This document shows, piece by piece, positions 18,667 through 27,730 of a stretch of 64,000 nt of DNA. The stretch lies in sequence record MZ475895.1; one strand, 5' to 3'. The notes under the pieces are model-generated. The model did no database searches. It had not been told where the DNA came from and worked only from the letters and a program-made list of their open reading frames with translations. Each line of letters opens with the position of its first letter. Positions within the stretch are counted from its first letter, which is position 1. The position numbers and the translations under genes were made by a program.

Positions 18667-19056
18667 ATGCCTAATTTTATTCGCCCTCCTTCATTACTCA
18701 AGTCAGTGCCTACGTCATCAACTGTGGAAGCAACTGACATTTTCGCATCACTCGCACCTATCAACAACGTAATTAACCTAAGTTCCGTTCAAGCTCTGCG
18801 CCGTGAGCAAATCGGTGCTGGTCATGTTGAACAGTTCTCTGAGGCTATTGGTCTGCATCCAGAAGACCCTGCTCCTGAAAATGATCTTGTCAACGTTCCA
18901 GCGATCACTTTCTCCTTTGCAGGAGACGCGTGTGAGACCTGGTATTTCTGCGGACCTGAACGTACCTTAGCTGAATGGGCTGTAGTGCGCGATGCCGTTG
19001 AACAATCTTTTGTTGATAATTCATACCATCATGATATGAACTTCGAAATCAACTAA
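18667..19056 (+). CDS. hypothetical protein
   Basis: 129 aa, GGAG RBS. Confidence 0.7.
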   Translation: MPNFIRPPSLLKSVPTSSTVEATDIFASLAPINNVINLSSVQALRREQIGAGHVEQFSEAIGLHPEDPAPENDLVNVPAITFSFAGDACETWYFCGPERTLAEWAVVRDAVEQSFVDNSYHHDMNFEIN

Positions 19057-19062
19057 CAACAC

Positions 19063-19088
19063 AAAGGGTGGCTTCGGCTGCCCTTTTT
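19063..19088 (+). terminator. intrinsic terminator
   Basis: AAAGGGTGGC-TTCG-GCTGCCCTTTTT. Confidence 0.85.
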
Positions 19089-19092
19089 CGAT

Positions 19093-19100
19093 CTGTAAAT
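19093..19100 (+). promoter_or_regulatory. CTGTAAAT motif
   Basis: Intergenic, directly after terminator, 31 nt before ATG 19131. Confidence 0.6.
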
Positions 19101-19130
19101 AACTCGTATAACATCTAACGAGAAACTACC

Positions 19131-19532
19131 ATGAGACCTGAAAACATTTCACGCACCTATCGCGTCGGTCAGTCTGACCTGGAGAAAGCACACAATGTCT
19201 GCGGAGAGAACAATGTAACACTCTCAGATGTGGTGCGCAGATACATCGAAAGAATCGTACTGACTGAGGGTGAGTTCCTTATGAACGAGCGTAAGCACGT
19301 ACCTGAGTCCCAACTGAATGTACGCCTGCCCTTTTATATTGCGCACTCCTTTGCATCTGTGTGTAAGTCTCGTGGTACGTTAGCCTCTAAAACCATTCTC
19401 AACTTTGTCAAGAATATTGCTCTTTCCGGGACTATCCCTGAGGAGTTAAAGTATGCTTCTGACGCAGAGTTGCGTGCCTATATTACCTCAGAGCGCTCTC
19501 GCCTCGATGCACTGGAAGCAAAACTCAAATGA
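19131..19532 (+). CDS. tandem ribbon-helix-helix (RelB/CopG-like) DNA-binding protein
   Basis: Two repeats: TYRV..DLEKA..VC....TLSDVVRRYI and LNVRLP..I..SF..VC..RG..ASKTILNFV. Confidence 0.55.
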   Translation: MRPENISRTYRVGQSDLEKAHNVCGENNVTLSDVVRRYIERIVLTEGEFLMNERKHVPESQLNVRLPFYIAHSFASVCKSRGTLASKTILNFVKNIALSGTIPEELKYASDAELRAYITSERSRLDALEAKLK

Positions 19533-20368
19533 TTCTAACTAGTCCCATTCGCTATCAGGGTAACAAGCGCACTCTGATGCCTCTTATTCTCGAACATGCG
19601 CCTGTGAAGGATTGCGTTCGCATGATAGACGCATTCGGTGGTAGTGGTACTGTTGCGCTCAACATGCCTCACAAGTTTCGCATCTACAATGAACTGAGCA
19701 CGCCTGTGTTTGAGATCGTCCAGTTGCTTGCGCATCAAGACCCGAAGAAAACATTGGGTCAGATTAAGCGCATCGTCAAGCGTTTTTGTCTAACCAATAG
19801 CAGCCAAGACAACTACGACATGTTCCGCGCGTATGTTCAGAAGAAGCCGAGTCCGTTGTTCCATTACATCGCACACAGGCACGCACGCTCTAACATGCTG
19901 CGCTTCAACCAGAAAGGCATCTACAACGTGCCGTTCGGTGAGCGTGGCCTGATTGGAAAGTTCGATCAGCTTGAGCAGGAGCTGGTGCAGTTCCATGAAC
20001 GTATGCAGAACACGCACATCACCAACATGCGCTATAACCTGTTGCTCAAGTCTGTGTCAAAGCATATCGGACCGAACACGTTCATTTACTTTGACCCTCC
20101 ATATCTTGCTAGTGGTGCAATGCAATACGGTAAGTGGACTGAGCACAACGAACGCAACCTGCTGTCCGTACTTGAGTATCTGAATCGTCAAGGCTGCCCG
20201 TGGATGTTGAGCAACGTTCTCCAACATCGGCACCACACGAACGACCTGCTCAAGCGCTGGCTAAAGAAACACGCAACGACTGTCATCTATCCTGACAAGT
20301 CTTATTCAATGGCCAACTCTCATTCTGATAGTCACAGCACTATCGAGATTCTGGCAATGAACTACTGA
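19529..20368 (+). CDS. dam: DNA adenine methyltransferase (Dam/T4-Dam family)
   Basis: SPIRYQGNK, DAFGGSG, RFNQKG.YNVPFG, FIYFDPPY. Confidence 0.92.
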   Translation: MILTSPIRYQGNKRTLMPLILEHAPVKDCVRMIDAFGGSGTVALNMPHKFRIYNELSTPVFEIVQLLAHQDPKKTLGQIKRIVKRFCLTNSSQDNYDMFRAYVQKKPSPLFHYIAHRHARSNMLRFNQKGIYNVPFGERGLIGKFDQLEQELVQFHERMQNTHITNMRYNLLLKSVSKHIGPNTFIYFDPPYLASGAMQYGKWTEHNERNLLSVLEYLNRQGCPWMLSNVLQHRHHTNDLLKRWLKKHATTVIYPDKSYSMANSHSDSHSTIEILAMNY

Positions 20369-20375
20369 GGTACAA

Positions 20376-20762
20376 ATGGTCAAACAGTATTGTGCCGATA
20401 AGTACGAGGGGGATCTCGAGGGTCACCCTGTTGTGCTGCTGCTATCGTTTAAGATAGGTGGCCCTACGCCTATGCGAATCTCAGGACGTGACCTGTATCG
20501 CTATCTGGGCATAAGCAAGAACTACAGTAGCTGGGTAAACGACTCTATTGCCGACTGCGGTCTTGTCGAGAACTCGGACTATGTGATTGAGTGGTTCAAG
20601 TCAGATGCAAATGGTCATTCGATAGAACACAAATTCACACAGCACGCCGCCATTGAGATTGCAATGCGCGGACGGAGTGTATTGTCTAAACGTATTCGTC
20701 GATCTGTGTGTCGTCGAGATGGCTTCATTCGATTTGTAGGAGAACATAATGAACAAGATTGA
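20376..20762 (+). CDS. AntA/AntB antirepressor-like protein
   Basis: ISGRDLYRYLGISKNYSSW...ENSDY...AIEIAM. Confidence 0.75.
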   Translation: MVKQYCADKYEGDLEGHPVVLLLSFKIGGPTPMRISGRDLYRYLGISKNYSSWVNDSIADCGLVENSDYVIEWFKSDANGHSIEHKFTQHAAIEIAMRGRSVLSKRIRRSVCRRDGFIRFVGEHNEQD

Positions 20763-21213
20763 AGAACTGCGCAGCCGTCTTGCTGCTGCATTGGGCTTTC
20801 GTGTTAAGTCTTTAAACGGTGCTGACCACTACGTTGACGGCGATGATGTTCTCGGACTGGTCGAGCACTGGCTGCCAGATGAGCCTCAGCACATCCTTGC
20901 AGTTATTGAGCGTTATGGGCTGAAAGTCGAACGTATGGTCAAAGAAGGCACTCGCCCACGGCCTGGTGAAGAGCCTGTGTTCGTTTTCTGCGTGAGATCA
21001 AAGACTCTGGTGTATCGCAGCCTGTCTGAGAGTAATCTTGCACGCAGTAGTCTGCCTTACGTATCAGGCAACACCCTGACTGAGGCTGTTCTCCTGTGGG
21101 CTGTGTTACGTGCGGAGCGCATTGTTGCATATAAGGCCGACCCACTAATGTCTAGCGCCTACAACTTCGACAGACTGGAAGAGCTGGTATACATAACGCG
21201 GTTTGGAGAATAA
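20749..21213 (+). CDS. hypothetical protein
   Basis: 154 aa, AGGAG RBS. Confidence 0.7.
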   Translation: MNKIEELRSRLAAALGFRVKSLNGADHYVDGDDVLGLVEHWLPDEPQHILAVIERYGLKVERMVKEGTRPRPGEEPVFVFCVRSKTLVYRSLSESNLARSSLPYVSGNTLTEAVLLWAVLRAERIVAYKADPLMSSAYNFDRLEELVYITRFGE

Positions 21214-21214
21214 T

Positions 21215-21517
21215 ATGGATGCACCAGAAGGTACTAACTTAAAGCTGTGGTCTATTGCGAAGCGTATGGACCGAGTGCTTGAACATGTGGCAAGAGAAGC
21301 ATGGTTCGTGTCTGGCGATCCAAAAGACACCTGCGGCGCTGTTGCGTGGGCGGGTAACTTTGATGATGAGTCCTTGATTGCTCATATTGAAATGCGTGCT
21401 GCCCAGATTGAAGAACGCCGTCGATACACAACACGTATCAGACAAGGCTCTACTGCCTATACGGTAGCGTTAGAGAATCATGCAGACGCTATCTATGCTA
21501 AGTACGGTCGCACATGA
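21215..21517 (+). CDS. hypothetical protein
   Basis: GGAG RBS, ATG 21215. Confidence 0.65.
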   Translation: MDAPEGTNLKLWSIAKRMDRVLEHVAREAWFVSGDPKDTCGAVAWAGNFDDESLIAHIEMRAAQIEERRRYTTRIRQGSTAYTVALENHADAIYAKYGRT

Positions 21518-21822
21518 TGGACATACTGAACGTCCTTGATACACGCATCATTCAATATGAAGATCTTGTCTATGCGTTAGGCCGTAAGTATCGCACGTCT
21601 CAAGGACAATGGGGTGCGCTTGCCCCTTTCTCTCATACAGGTCAAGCTCGTAGGATATTCATTTCACGGACCCGTGCAGCCTATAAGAGTCTGCGTACCT
21701 GGGCGCAAGAGCCTATGAACATTGAAGTGGCTTACTATGAGATTCGTATATTGCTCAAGCATCCTATTGCGCAAGAAATAGAGCATCTGTCTGAATCTGT
21801 AAAGAAACCTAAAGCCATCTAA
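21514..21822 (+). CDS. hypothetical protein
   Basis: ATGA overlap. Confidence 0.65.
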   Translation: MMDILNVLDTRIIQYEDLVYALGRKYRTSQGQWGALAPFSHTGQARRIFISRTRAAYKSLRTWAQEPMNIEVAYYEIRILLKHPIAQEIEHLSESVKKPKAI

Positions 21823-21833
21823 TTGAGGTCAGT

Positions 21834-22577
21834 ATGGAACACGAAGAAAACATTGCAGATCGTCCTGACGTTATCGTTAACGGTTTTCAGTTCAACGATG
21901 CCAACACGAAGCTGCTGGCGTATGCGCTTAATCTCCATCGTCTGGGTGCAAAGATTGGTCCTGAGTTTTGGACGCAACACATCATTAGCGATGTTGTAGA
22001 ACAGTCCGATGACGGCTTCGATAAACTTGCAGGCGTAGACGAACCCACTCGTCCTATCACGTCTTCTGATTTGCTTATGCATCAACTGACCGTTGTGGGT
22101 CCTGTTATCACTCGCCGTGACTTCTGCCTGTTCGACAGCCTTGAGAAGTGCCGGAATGATGCCGCTATTGTTCTTGAAGCGCTGGGCAGAGGTCTGCTGC
22201 ATATGCATGGCTCAATGATTGAGATCTGGGCAATCACTTCAGGCAGTCCTGTTAAAGTTTTGACTGAAAAGCAGGTAAAAAGCCTGGGTCGTGCTACGCT
22301 GCGCTATCTCACCAGTAGTGCCAAGATGGACGAACAGGACGAGCGTGTGTCCGTAGCTACAGTACATGCCGACTCCGAGCCTGTGCTGATTCATGTGCCT
22401 ACAACGCCAGTCGATCAGTACGTGTTTAGCGGTAGCTGGACTCATGTGTCTCATCTCGGTCCTCGTGCAGATAAGCTGCGTCTGTGGTATTACAACCACC
22501 AGCTCACGCGTTTCCGTATGCAGCAACTGCTGAACATCTTCCTCACTCTCGATTTTCCCGAAAAGTTTAAGGCCTGA
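21834..22577 (+). CDS. hypothetical protein
   Basis: 247 aa, GAGG RBS. Confidence 0.7.
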   Translation: MEHEENIADRPDVIVNGFQFNDANTKLLAYALNLHRLGAKIGPEFWTQHIISDVVEQSDDGFDKLAGVDEPTRPITSSDLLMHQLTVVGPVITRRDFCLFDSLEKCRNDAAIVLEALGRGLLHMHGSMIEIWAITSGSPVKVLTEKQVKSLGRATLRYLTSSAKMDEQDERVSVATVHADSEPVLIHVPTTPVDQYVFSGSWTHVSHLGPRADKLRLWYYNHQLTRFRMQQLLNIFLTLDFPEKFKA

Positions 22578-22579
22578 TT

Positions 22580-22924
22580 ATGTCTATTGCGCTCGTTGTA
22601 GAAATGAATCATGTGGAACAGATTGACACTGGTTATGAAAACAGTCCTATCTTCCGCATTCAGTACATCGCAGATAAATCCGTAGCTCCTGCTGATTACA
22701 TCCGCGACAAGCTCGTACCGAAAGCATTCCCGTTCGGTGTGGACAGAGCAGTAGTGCAAGGCCATGACTATATGGTGCTTACTGCTATCATCGACGGTAC
22801 TGAGCACGATGTTTGTCCTGGCGATCTGCTTGTCTATCACGTTGGTGGTCGTGTGACGTATATCGCAGGCGCCACCAAAGACTGTCTCGTAATCAACGGA
22901 GACGGAACAATTGTCATCAGTTAA
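22580..22924 (+). CDS. hypothetical protein
   Basis: 114 aa in operon. Confidence 0.65.
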   Translation: MSIALVVEMNHVEQIDTGYENSPIFRIQYIADKSVAPADYIRDKLVPKAFPFGVDRAVVQGHDYMVLTAIIDGTEHDVCPGDLLVYHVGGRVTYIAGATKDCLVINGDGTIVIS

Positions 22925-23309
22925 TCAGTTACGTGATCAATTGACCGAAGCTGAATACGCAGAACTTGAGCGCAAGACAGCACGGTCAATCATGGAACAA
23001 GTGTGGGCACTACGCGGCTGGACGGTTAAGCTCGACTGGTGCAACTATATGTGCGACGACGTTGATTGGTTATTCCATGGTAATGAACGTAAAGCACCGG
23101 TTGATCACGCTATGCCGAATTCTGGTGTTGGCACTAGCATTGAGCAGCATCGCCTTAATGTCGTGTTTACTCCTACTGAGGTTAGCGTTACGAACTCACT
23201 GGTAGACAGCCCTGTCACGGGCACTGGTATGTCACTGCGCTGTGCTTACTGCGCGTGGCTTTTAGAAATCGAAAAACAAAAGGCTGCCAATGCGCTGCAA
23301 TCTGACTGA
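22911..23309 (+). CDS. hypothetical protein
   Basis: 132 aa, TTG start with GGAG RBS. Confidence 0.6.
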   Translation: MSSVNQLRDQLTEAEYAELERKTARSIMEQVWALRGWTVKLDWCNYMCDDVDWLFHGNERKAPVDHAMPNSGVGTSIEQHRLNVVFTPTEVSVTNSLVDSPVTGTGMSLRCAYCAWLLEIEKQKAANALQSD

Positions 23310-23805
23310 ACTGCCTATCAAACTCGATCAGGCTGAAAACATTATGGGCAGCGTGTTTGCGCTTGCTGCTGGCTCCAAGTCCAAACGCCGTGCTACTGCG
23401 GCAATGCTCATTCACTTCCATGAAGGCTACCCTACTATTATCAGTAGTGGTGTCAATGGCACTGTGCCTGGTGAGAGCAACGTGTGTGAGAACGAAGACC
23501 TCACTCTGACGTTTGCACACGTTACACACGCAGAAGCTAACTGCCTCAATCGCATGGATGAATACAGTCTATGGCCAGAAGAAGAGGACATCCTGTTCTG
23601 CACTGACAGTCCATGTCCTGATTGTTTGCAGCAACTCGAATCTGCTGGTGTGCAGACCATCATTTATGCGCGTGAATACAGACTCACAGAGCATCTGGAT
23701 AAGTCTGCTATTCGCATGTATTGTCTCGATATTGAGAACGTGCGGGCGTCTTTGCTGAAATCTGTAAATCGTATAGACGAAGTGATTGCAACCACACCTA
23801 CTTAA
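23290..23805 (+). CDS. dCMP deaminase family protein
   Basis: SGVNG..PG...CE, HAEAN, TDSPCPDC zinc motif. Confidence 0.9.
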   Translation: MRCNLTELPIKLDQAENIMGSVFALAAGSKSKRRATAAMLIHFHEGYPTIISSGVNGTVPGESNVCENEDLTLTFAHVTHAEANCLNRMDEYSLWPEEEDILFCTDSPCPDCLQQLESAGVQTIIYAREYRLTEHLDKSAIRMYCLDIENVRASLLKSVNRIDEVIATTPT

Positions 23806-23822
23806 ATACCATAAGGATTGTC

Positions 23823-24503
23823 ATGATGGACAAGAATCTGACTATTGAGTTTTTTGCTCCCCGTATTGAAGGAAAGACAGTGCATGTTGGACCTAAGCCT
23901 GTCGATGCACCTTCTTGGGAAGAGCAAATGGCTACTGTGTCTGGTGAGCCTACTGCACAGATGCGCCAGCGTGCGTTTGACCAATTGGATAAGGAATTCA
24001 AATTCACTATTCAAGACATTGCAGATTCTTTGGACTGTCGTGACAATCCTTCCAGTCCTACAGGGCGTATTCAAGACCCGTATCGTCCGCGTCTGCAAAA
24101 CATCAATCTTCGTCCTGAACAGGCCGCAGTGCTACGTGAAGTAGTGAGTCCGCCGCGTTACATGGGTGGCATGCCTGTTGAGTTAATGCAGGGAACTGAG
24201 TCTTCTCTTAATGCACGCGCTCTCTTTGAGCATACCAAAGAGCATTTTCGTAAGGAAGGACCTATCGTTACGATTGATAGTATCCCTGTTGAGTTCACAC
24301 AGAAAGGTGATGACAGTATCGTCATTGCAGAAGATAAGATCGGTCAACAGGCGTTGGGACGCACGCTTCGTATCGATTATGAAACACGTTCTGACTGGTC
24401 GATGAATCGAACCAACCGCGCTGCAACGCCTGCTAAGAGCCGCAGCAAACTTCGCGCAAAGAGCCGTGCTCAAAAGCAAGCACGCAAGCGCCAAAGAGGA
24501 TAA
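23823..24503 (+). CDS. hypothetical protein with basic C-terminal tail
   Basis: 226 aa ending KSRAQKQARKRQRG. Confidence 0.7.
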   Translation: MMDKNLTIEFFAPRIEGKTVHVGPKPVDAPSWEEQMATVSGEPTAQMRQRAFDQLDKEFKFTIQDIADSLDCRDNPSSPTGRIQDPYRPRLQNINLRPEQAAVLREVVSPPRYMGGMPVELMQGTESSLNARALFEHTKEHFRKEGPIVTIDSIPVEFTQKGDDSIVIAEDKIGQQALGRTLRIDYETRSDWSMNRTNRAATPAKSRSKLRAKSRAQKQARKRQRG

Positions 24504-24508
24504 TAACA

Positions 24509-25006
24509 ATGAGCGACATTAATCAATTACGCCGCAACTGGTTACAGTCTATGGACGTGCCCGAAGAGCTGGTGGACAAAGTATGCGGCACAGACATTGA
24601 ACAGCAAGATCTGTTTGAGCGTCTGAGCGCACAGCAACAACGCAAAGTAACGATCGGCCTTGCGCTGCTCCATCTGCAAGTGCCTGATGAAATTCGTTTC
24701 GATTTGCTCACCAATCATCTGGACCAGACTGAACGTTTGGTCAAAGAGCAATTCGAAGAACTGGCAGCACGTCTCGTCAATCAAGTGACGCAGACGGGTT
24801 CACCAGAGAAGCAATCAATGACAGGCGGTGTTCGTTTAGCAATGCTGATGAACATCCTTGGCTTTGATGATACCACGCTACACGGTATCATGTCGAACCC
24901 CAGCTTGATGCGTCAGGCGGGCCTTGTTGCTATGACTGGCCTTCAAGATATGGGACAGAAAATACAGCAACTTTACGACGGAAATAAAAGCAATGAGCCA
25001 AAATGA
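24509..25006 (+). CDS. hypothetical protein
   Basis: 165 aa, GAGG RBS. Confidence 0.7.
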   Translation: MSDINQLRRNWLQSMDVPEELVDKVCGTDIEQQDLFERLSAQQQRKVTIGLALLHLQVPDEIRFDLLTNHLDQTERLVKEQFEELAARLVNQVTQTGSPEKQSMTGGVRLAMLMNILGFDDTTLHGIMSNPSLMRQAGLVAMTGLQDMGQKIQQLYDGNKSNEPK

Positions 25007-25130
25007 ATTAGACGATTTCGACATTCCTGATCTGGACGAAGCTGAGCAACGCGCAGAAGCTAAGCGTGATGGTGGCGGGGAAGTTGTCGAAGCATCTGAT
25101 GAATGTGAAGGCGGCGCCTGCAAAATCTAA
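24993..25130 (+). CDS. 45-aa acidic peptide ending SDECEGGACKI (NrdA C-terminal-tail-like)
   Basis: Read from sequence (below track threshold); followed by terminator. Confidence 0.65.
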   Translation: MSQNELDDFDIPDLDEAEQRAEAKRDGGGEVVEASDECEGGACKI

Positions 25131-25133
25131 TTC

Positions 25134-25160
25134 ATGGGGCCTCGTGCCCCATTTCTGTTT
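25134..25160 (+). terminator. intrinsic terminator
   Basis: ATGGGGC-CTCGT-GCCCCAT then TTCTGTTT. Confidence 0.65.
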
Positions 25161-25174
25161 CTCGGAGAGATGCT

Positions 25175-25630
25175 ATGTCTATTTTATATTCCAACCTTAC
25201 GCCCAATGAGCGTGACAATTTTCGTGCGCATATTCACCAGTGGTATCAGTTGAGCACCCAGAAGTCTGCATATCTCGATCTGATGGATCGTGTTGATGAA
25301 ATTCTCGGCAATATTGTCATGGAGTTTGCCAACATGCAGGTTGCGGACACTACTCAGATTCGCATCGACCTTGCGCTGGAAGAGTGGGCTGCTAAATATC
25401 CTAAATGCATTGCGTTTCGTGACCGTTCTGCCTTCTGGGTGAAAGTCTCATTCAAAGAGTGGTTGAATAACACAACCCTATATGTGGAGCGTTCTCATTC
25501 GTTGCGTGATCTGAGTGCAGGTACTTGTTATGGCGTTGATGTGGTAGACACTCACGATTGGCCAGATAGTATCTTGGTCAAGACCTACCAAGATATAGAA
25601 CAACATAAAATTCGACGAGGTGCTCGCTGA
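25175..25630 (+). CDS. hypothetical protein
   Basis: 151 aa, GGAG RBS. Confidence 0.7.
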   Translation: MSILYSNLTPNERDNFRAHIHQWYQLSTQKSAYLDLMDRVDEILGNIVMEFANMQVADTTQIRIDLALEEWAAKYPKCIAFRDRSAFWVKVSFKEWLNNTTLYVERSHSLRDLSAGTCYGVDVVDTHDWPDSILVKTYQDIEQHKIRRGAR

Positions 25631-26160
25631 TGGAGATCGGCTATCGCTGTGTCAACTGTCGCCACGTCTATCAAGACATTATCGGCAAGTGTGACTGCAA
25701 CAACGACAAGTTCGTGTTCAAGCGTGTTGCAATCATCGACGTGCCTGATGAGGAAGAAAAGATTCCTCAACTGAATGAGCTGCACCATTCGCGCGGCCCT
25801 CGTTTCGTCAACTACCGCAATGGCAGTTCTTGGAATGGCGTGTACGAGTATCAAGGCCTGCATGAGAACGGGCGACCTCGCGTAGGCATTCTCGGTAATA
25901 TGGGTAGCAGCTACGACCACGTAGAAATGTCTAAACAGTTCGGTGATCGTAATATGCAGTCTAACTGTGTGTTGGCTGCTGCTAGTCCTGAGTTGCTGGA
26001 AGTTGCCTACATGTGCTACAACTATTTCAATACGAAGCGCAAGGTACAGGGCAACAGTCCTAAAACTGAAATGCGTATCAAACTAATCGCGCAGGCTATC
26101 CATGCTGCGACTGACCTCTCCGTCTACAAGGAACCGCAAGATGCTCCAGTATCTAAGTGA
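25630..26160 (+). CDS. hypothetical protein with N-terminal CxxC...CxC
   Basis: 176 aa. Confidence 0.7.
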   Translation: MEIGYRCVNCRHVYQDIIGKCDCNNDKFVFKRVAIIDVPDEEEKIPQLNELHHSRGPRFVNYRNGSSWNGVYEYQGLHENGRPRVGILGNMGSSYDHVEMSKQFGDRNMQSNCVLAAASPELLEVAYMCYNYFNTKRKVQGNSPKTEMRIKLIAQAIHAATDLSVYKEPQDAPVSK

Positions 26161-26782
26161 CCCGCATTTTATGACGCGCTTTCTGTGCGCTGTAATTCTG
26201 ATTATCGTTGCCTATCTGATTTGGCAGAAGTTGAAGATCAGACGCGCAGAGAGCATGAACAACTACCGTGCCTCGTTGGCGGTACGTGCAGGTGATTTCA
26301 ATTTCGGTCGCTGCTGGCGTCACCGTAGTTCAGGCCGTGATTACGTTATACTGTGGATGACCAACCTGACTGCTAACAAGCAGGGCTGGGAAGTTATGGT
26401 GACGTACACGAACAACCATCGCGATCTGTACACGCGTCCTGTGTCGCAGTTCTACGCTAAGTTCCGTCGTATGCCTGACTCTGATAGCGTGAAAGACCTA
26501 TCGTTGTCTGAGTTGCTTACTCTGGCTACTGCTAACTGTAAGATGCGCGTACCACTTGCTGGTGAGACGTGGGTTCGTGAAACATCGCTGAATCTTAATG
26601 GAACTGAGGGTTCGTCAATCACAGAAGCCACAATCACTGACGTGCTGGCGCTCGACACGTCTCGTCCTGTTGTCACGTATACTGTAAATGGTAAACACAC
26701 AGCAATGCTGATGTATGTTTTCCTCGCTGATTTCAAACTAAAGGAAGTGCAACGTGAGCAACAACCAAAAGTTACCGCCTAA
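26141..26782 (+). CDS. membrane-anchored protein with DUF1653-like domain
   Basis: N-terminal TM; WRHRSSGRDYVIL...VTY...YTRPVSQFYAKF. Confidence 0.6.
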   Translation: MLQYLSDPHFMTRFLCAVILIIVAYLIWQKLKIRRAESMNNYRASLAVRAGDFNFGRCWRHRSSGRDYVILWMTNLTANKQGWEVMVTYTNNHRDLYTRPVSQFYAKFRRMPDSDSVKDLSLSELLTLATANCKMRVPLAGETWVRETSLNLNGTEGSSITEATITDVLALDTSRPVVTYTVNGKHTAMLMYVFLADFKLKEVQREQQPKVTA

Positions 26783-27110
26783 CGTTTTCAAATACGTGAT
26801 GTTCTTGTGGATCAAAGACGAGCGCACGAACAAAGATCGCACGCATATCCCTATAATCTTCCCACGTCATATCATGCACAGTGATATGGGCGATGAGATG
26901 CGCGGCTATGCGATAAACAACGGTTTCGTGGAGAATCGTTATCACCAGACAATGGAACCTGTTAGCGCAGGCTTTGTTGATCTTAACACTCTGTCGTGCT
27001 TCGGCGAATCCGAGTCTATGGAACTCAAGTCTCGTTCAGAAGAAGACAGCCTAATCCTTCGTGAGTATTTCAAAGATGATGGAAAACTTCCTGAAGTACC
27101 TGTGGAGTGA
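26754..27110 (+). CDS. hypothetical protein
   Basis: 118 aa. Confidence 0.65.
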   Translation: MSNNQKLPPNVFKYVMFLWIKDERTNKDRTHIPIIFPRHIMHSDMGDEMRGYAINNGFVENRYHQTMEPVSAGFVDLNTLSCFGESESMELKSRSEEDSLILREYFKDDGKLPEVPVE

Positions 27111-27414
27111 TGCGTTCTGGTCCTCTCCTGCCTCTGCGTTCGCGCCTGCTGTTGTAATCATCTCATGGTTTGTGTTCTGTGAGATTCGTGAACGCCGTGC
27201 ATTACGTGCAGCACAGCGCGTTGTAGCAAGCGGCTGGGAGCCTGTTGAACACGCCACTTATCAACACAAATGGCTTCCGTGGGTGAAGTGCTATGTCATG
27301 TTCTACACTGTCAGTCTGAATGATAAGTTCATGCCTGCTGTGTATGTACTGATAGGCAAGCACAGTTCTGAAATCCCCATGCACAAATTCCATTCTCGTT
27401 GGAGTTTAGTATGA
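27076..27414 (+). CDS. hypothetical membrane protein
   Basis: Hydrophobic N-terminal segment. Confidence 0.6.
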   Translation: MMENFLKYLWSDAFWSSPASAFAPAVVIISWFVFCEIRERRALRAAQRVVASGWEPVEHATYQHKWLPWVKCYVMFYTVSLNDKFMPAVYVLIGKHSSEIPMHKFHSRWSLV

Positions 27415-27728
27415 CACCTCTTATTATGTTTGACGCACGGACCATTCGTGTGCTCAAGCAAAGTTTCGGTCAGGACAAGCCTTTTGTTGTTGCCGGGCTA
27501 AACCCAATAGTTGGCAACAAAGGTGATCGTGTTACTCTCGCTAATGCCTGTAGCGTAGTCGCCATCCCTCGTGTGATGGGACTTGAAGTAGGCCAAGTGC
27601 TTTACGTAGGCACGGATGATGAAGTCTACGCATGGCCTTCTGATATGGTGATGGAATTTGCTTCTGTCTCTGATAACCAAACTCGGACCATTGCTTATGC
27701 ATTGCGTCCAATACTTTCGGATGATTAA
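27411..27728 (+). CDS. hypothetical protein
   Basis: GGAG RBS, ATG 27411. Confidence 0.65.
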   Translation: MTPLIMFDARTIRVLKQSFGQDKPFVVAGLNPIVGNKGDRVTLANACSVVAIPRVMGLEVGQVLYVGTDDEVYAWPSDMVMEFASVSDNQTRTIAYALRPILSDD

Positions 27729-27730
27729 AA

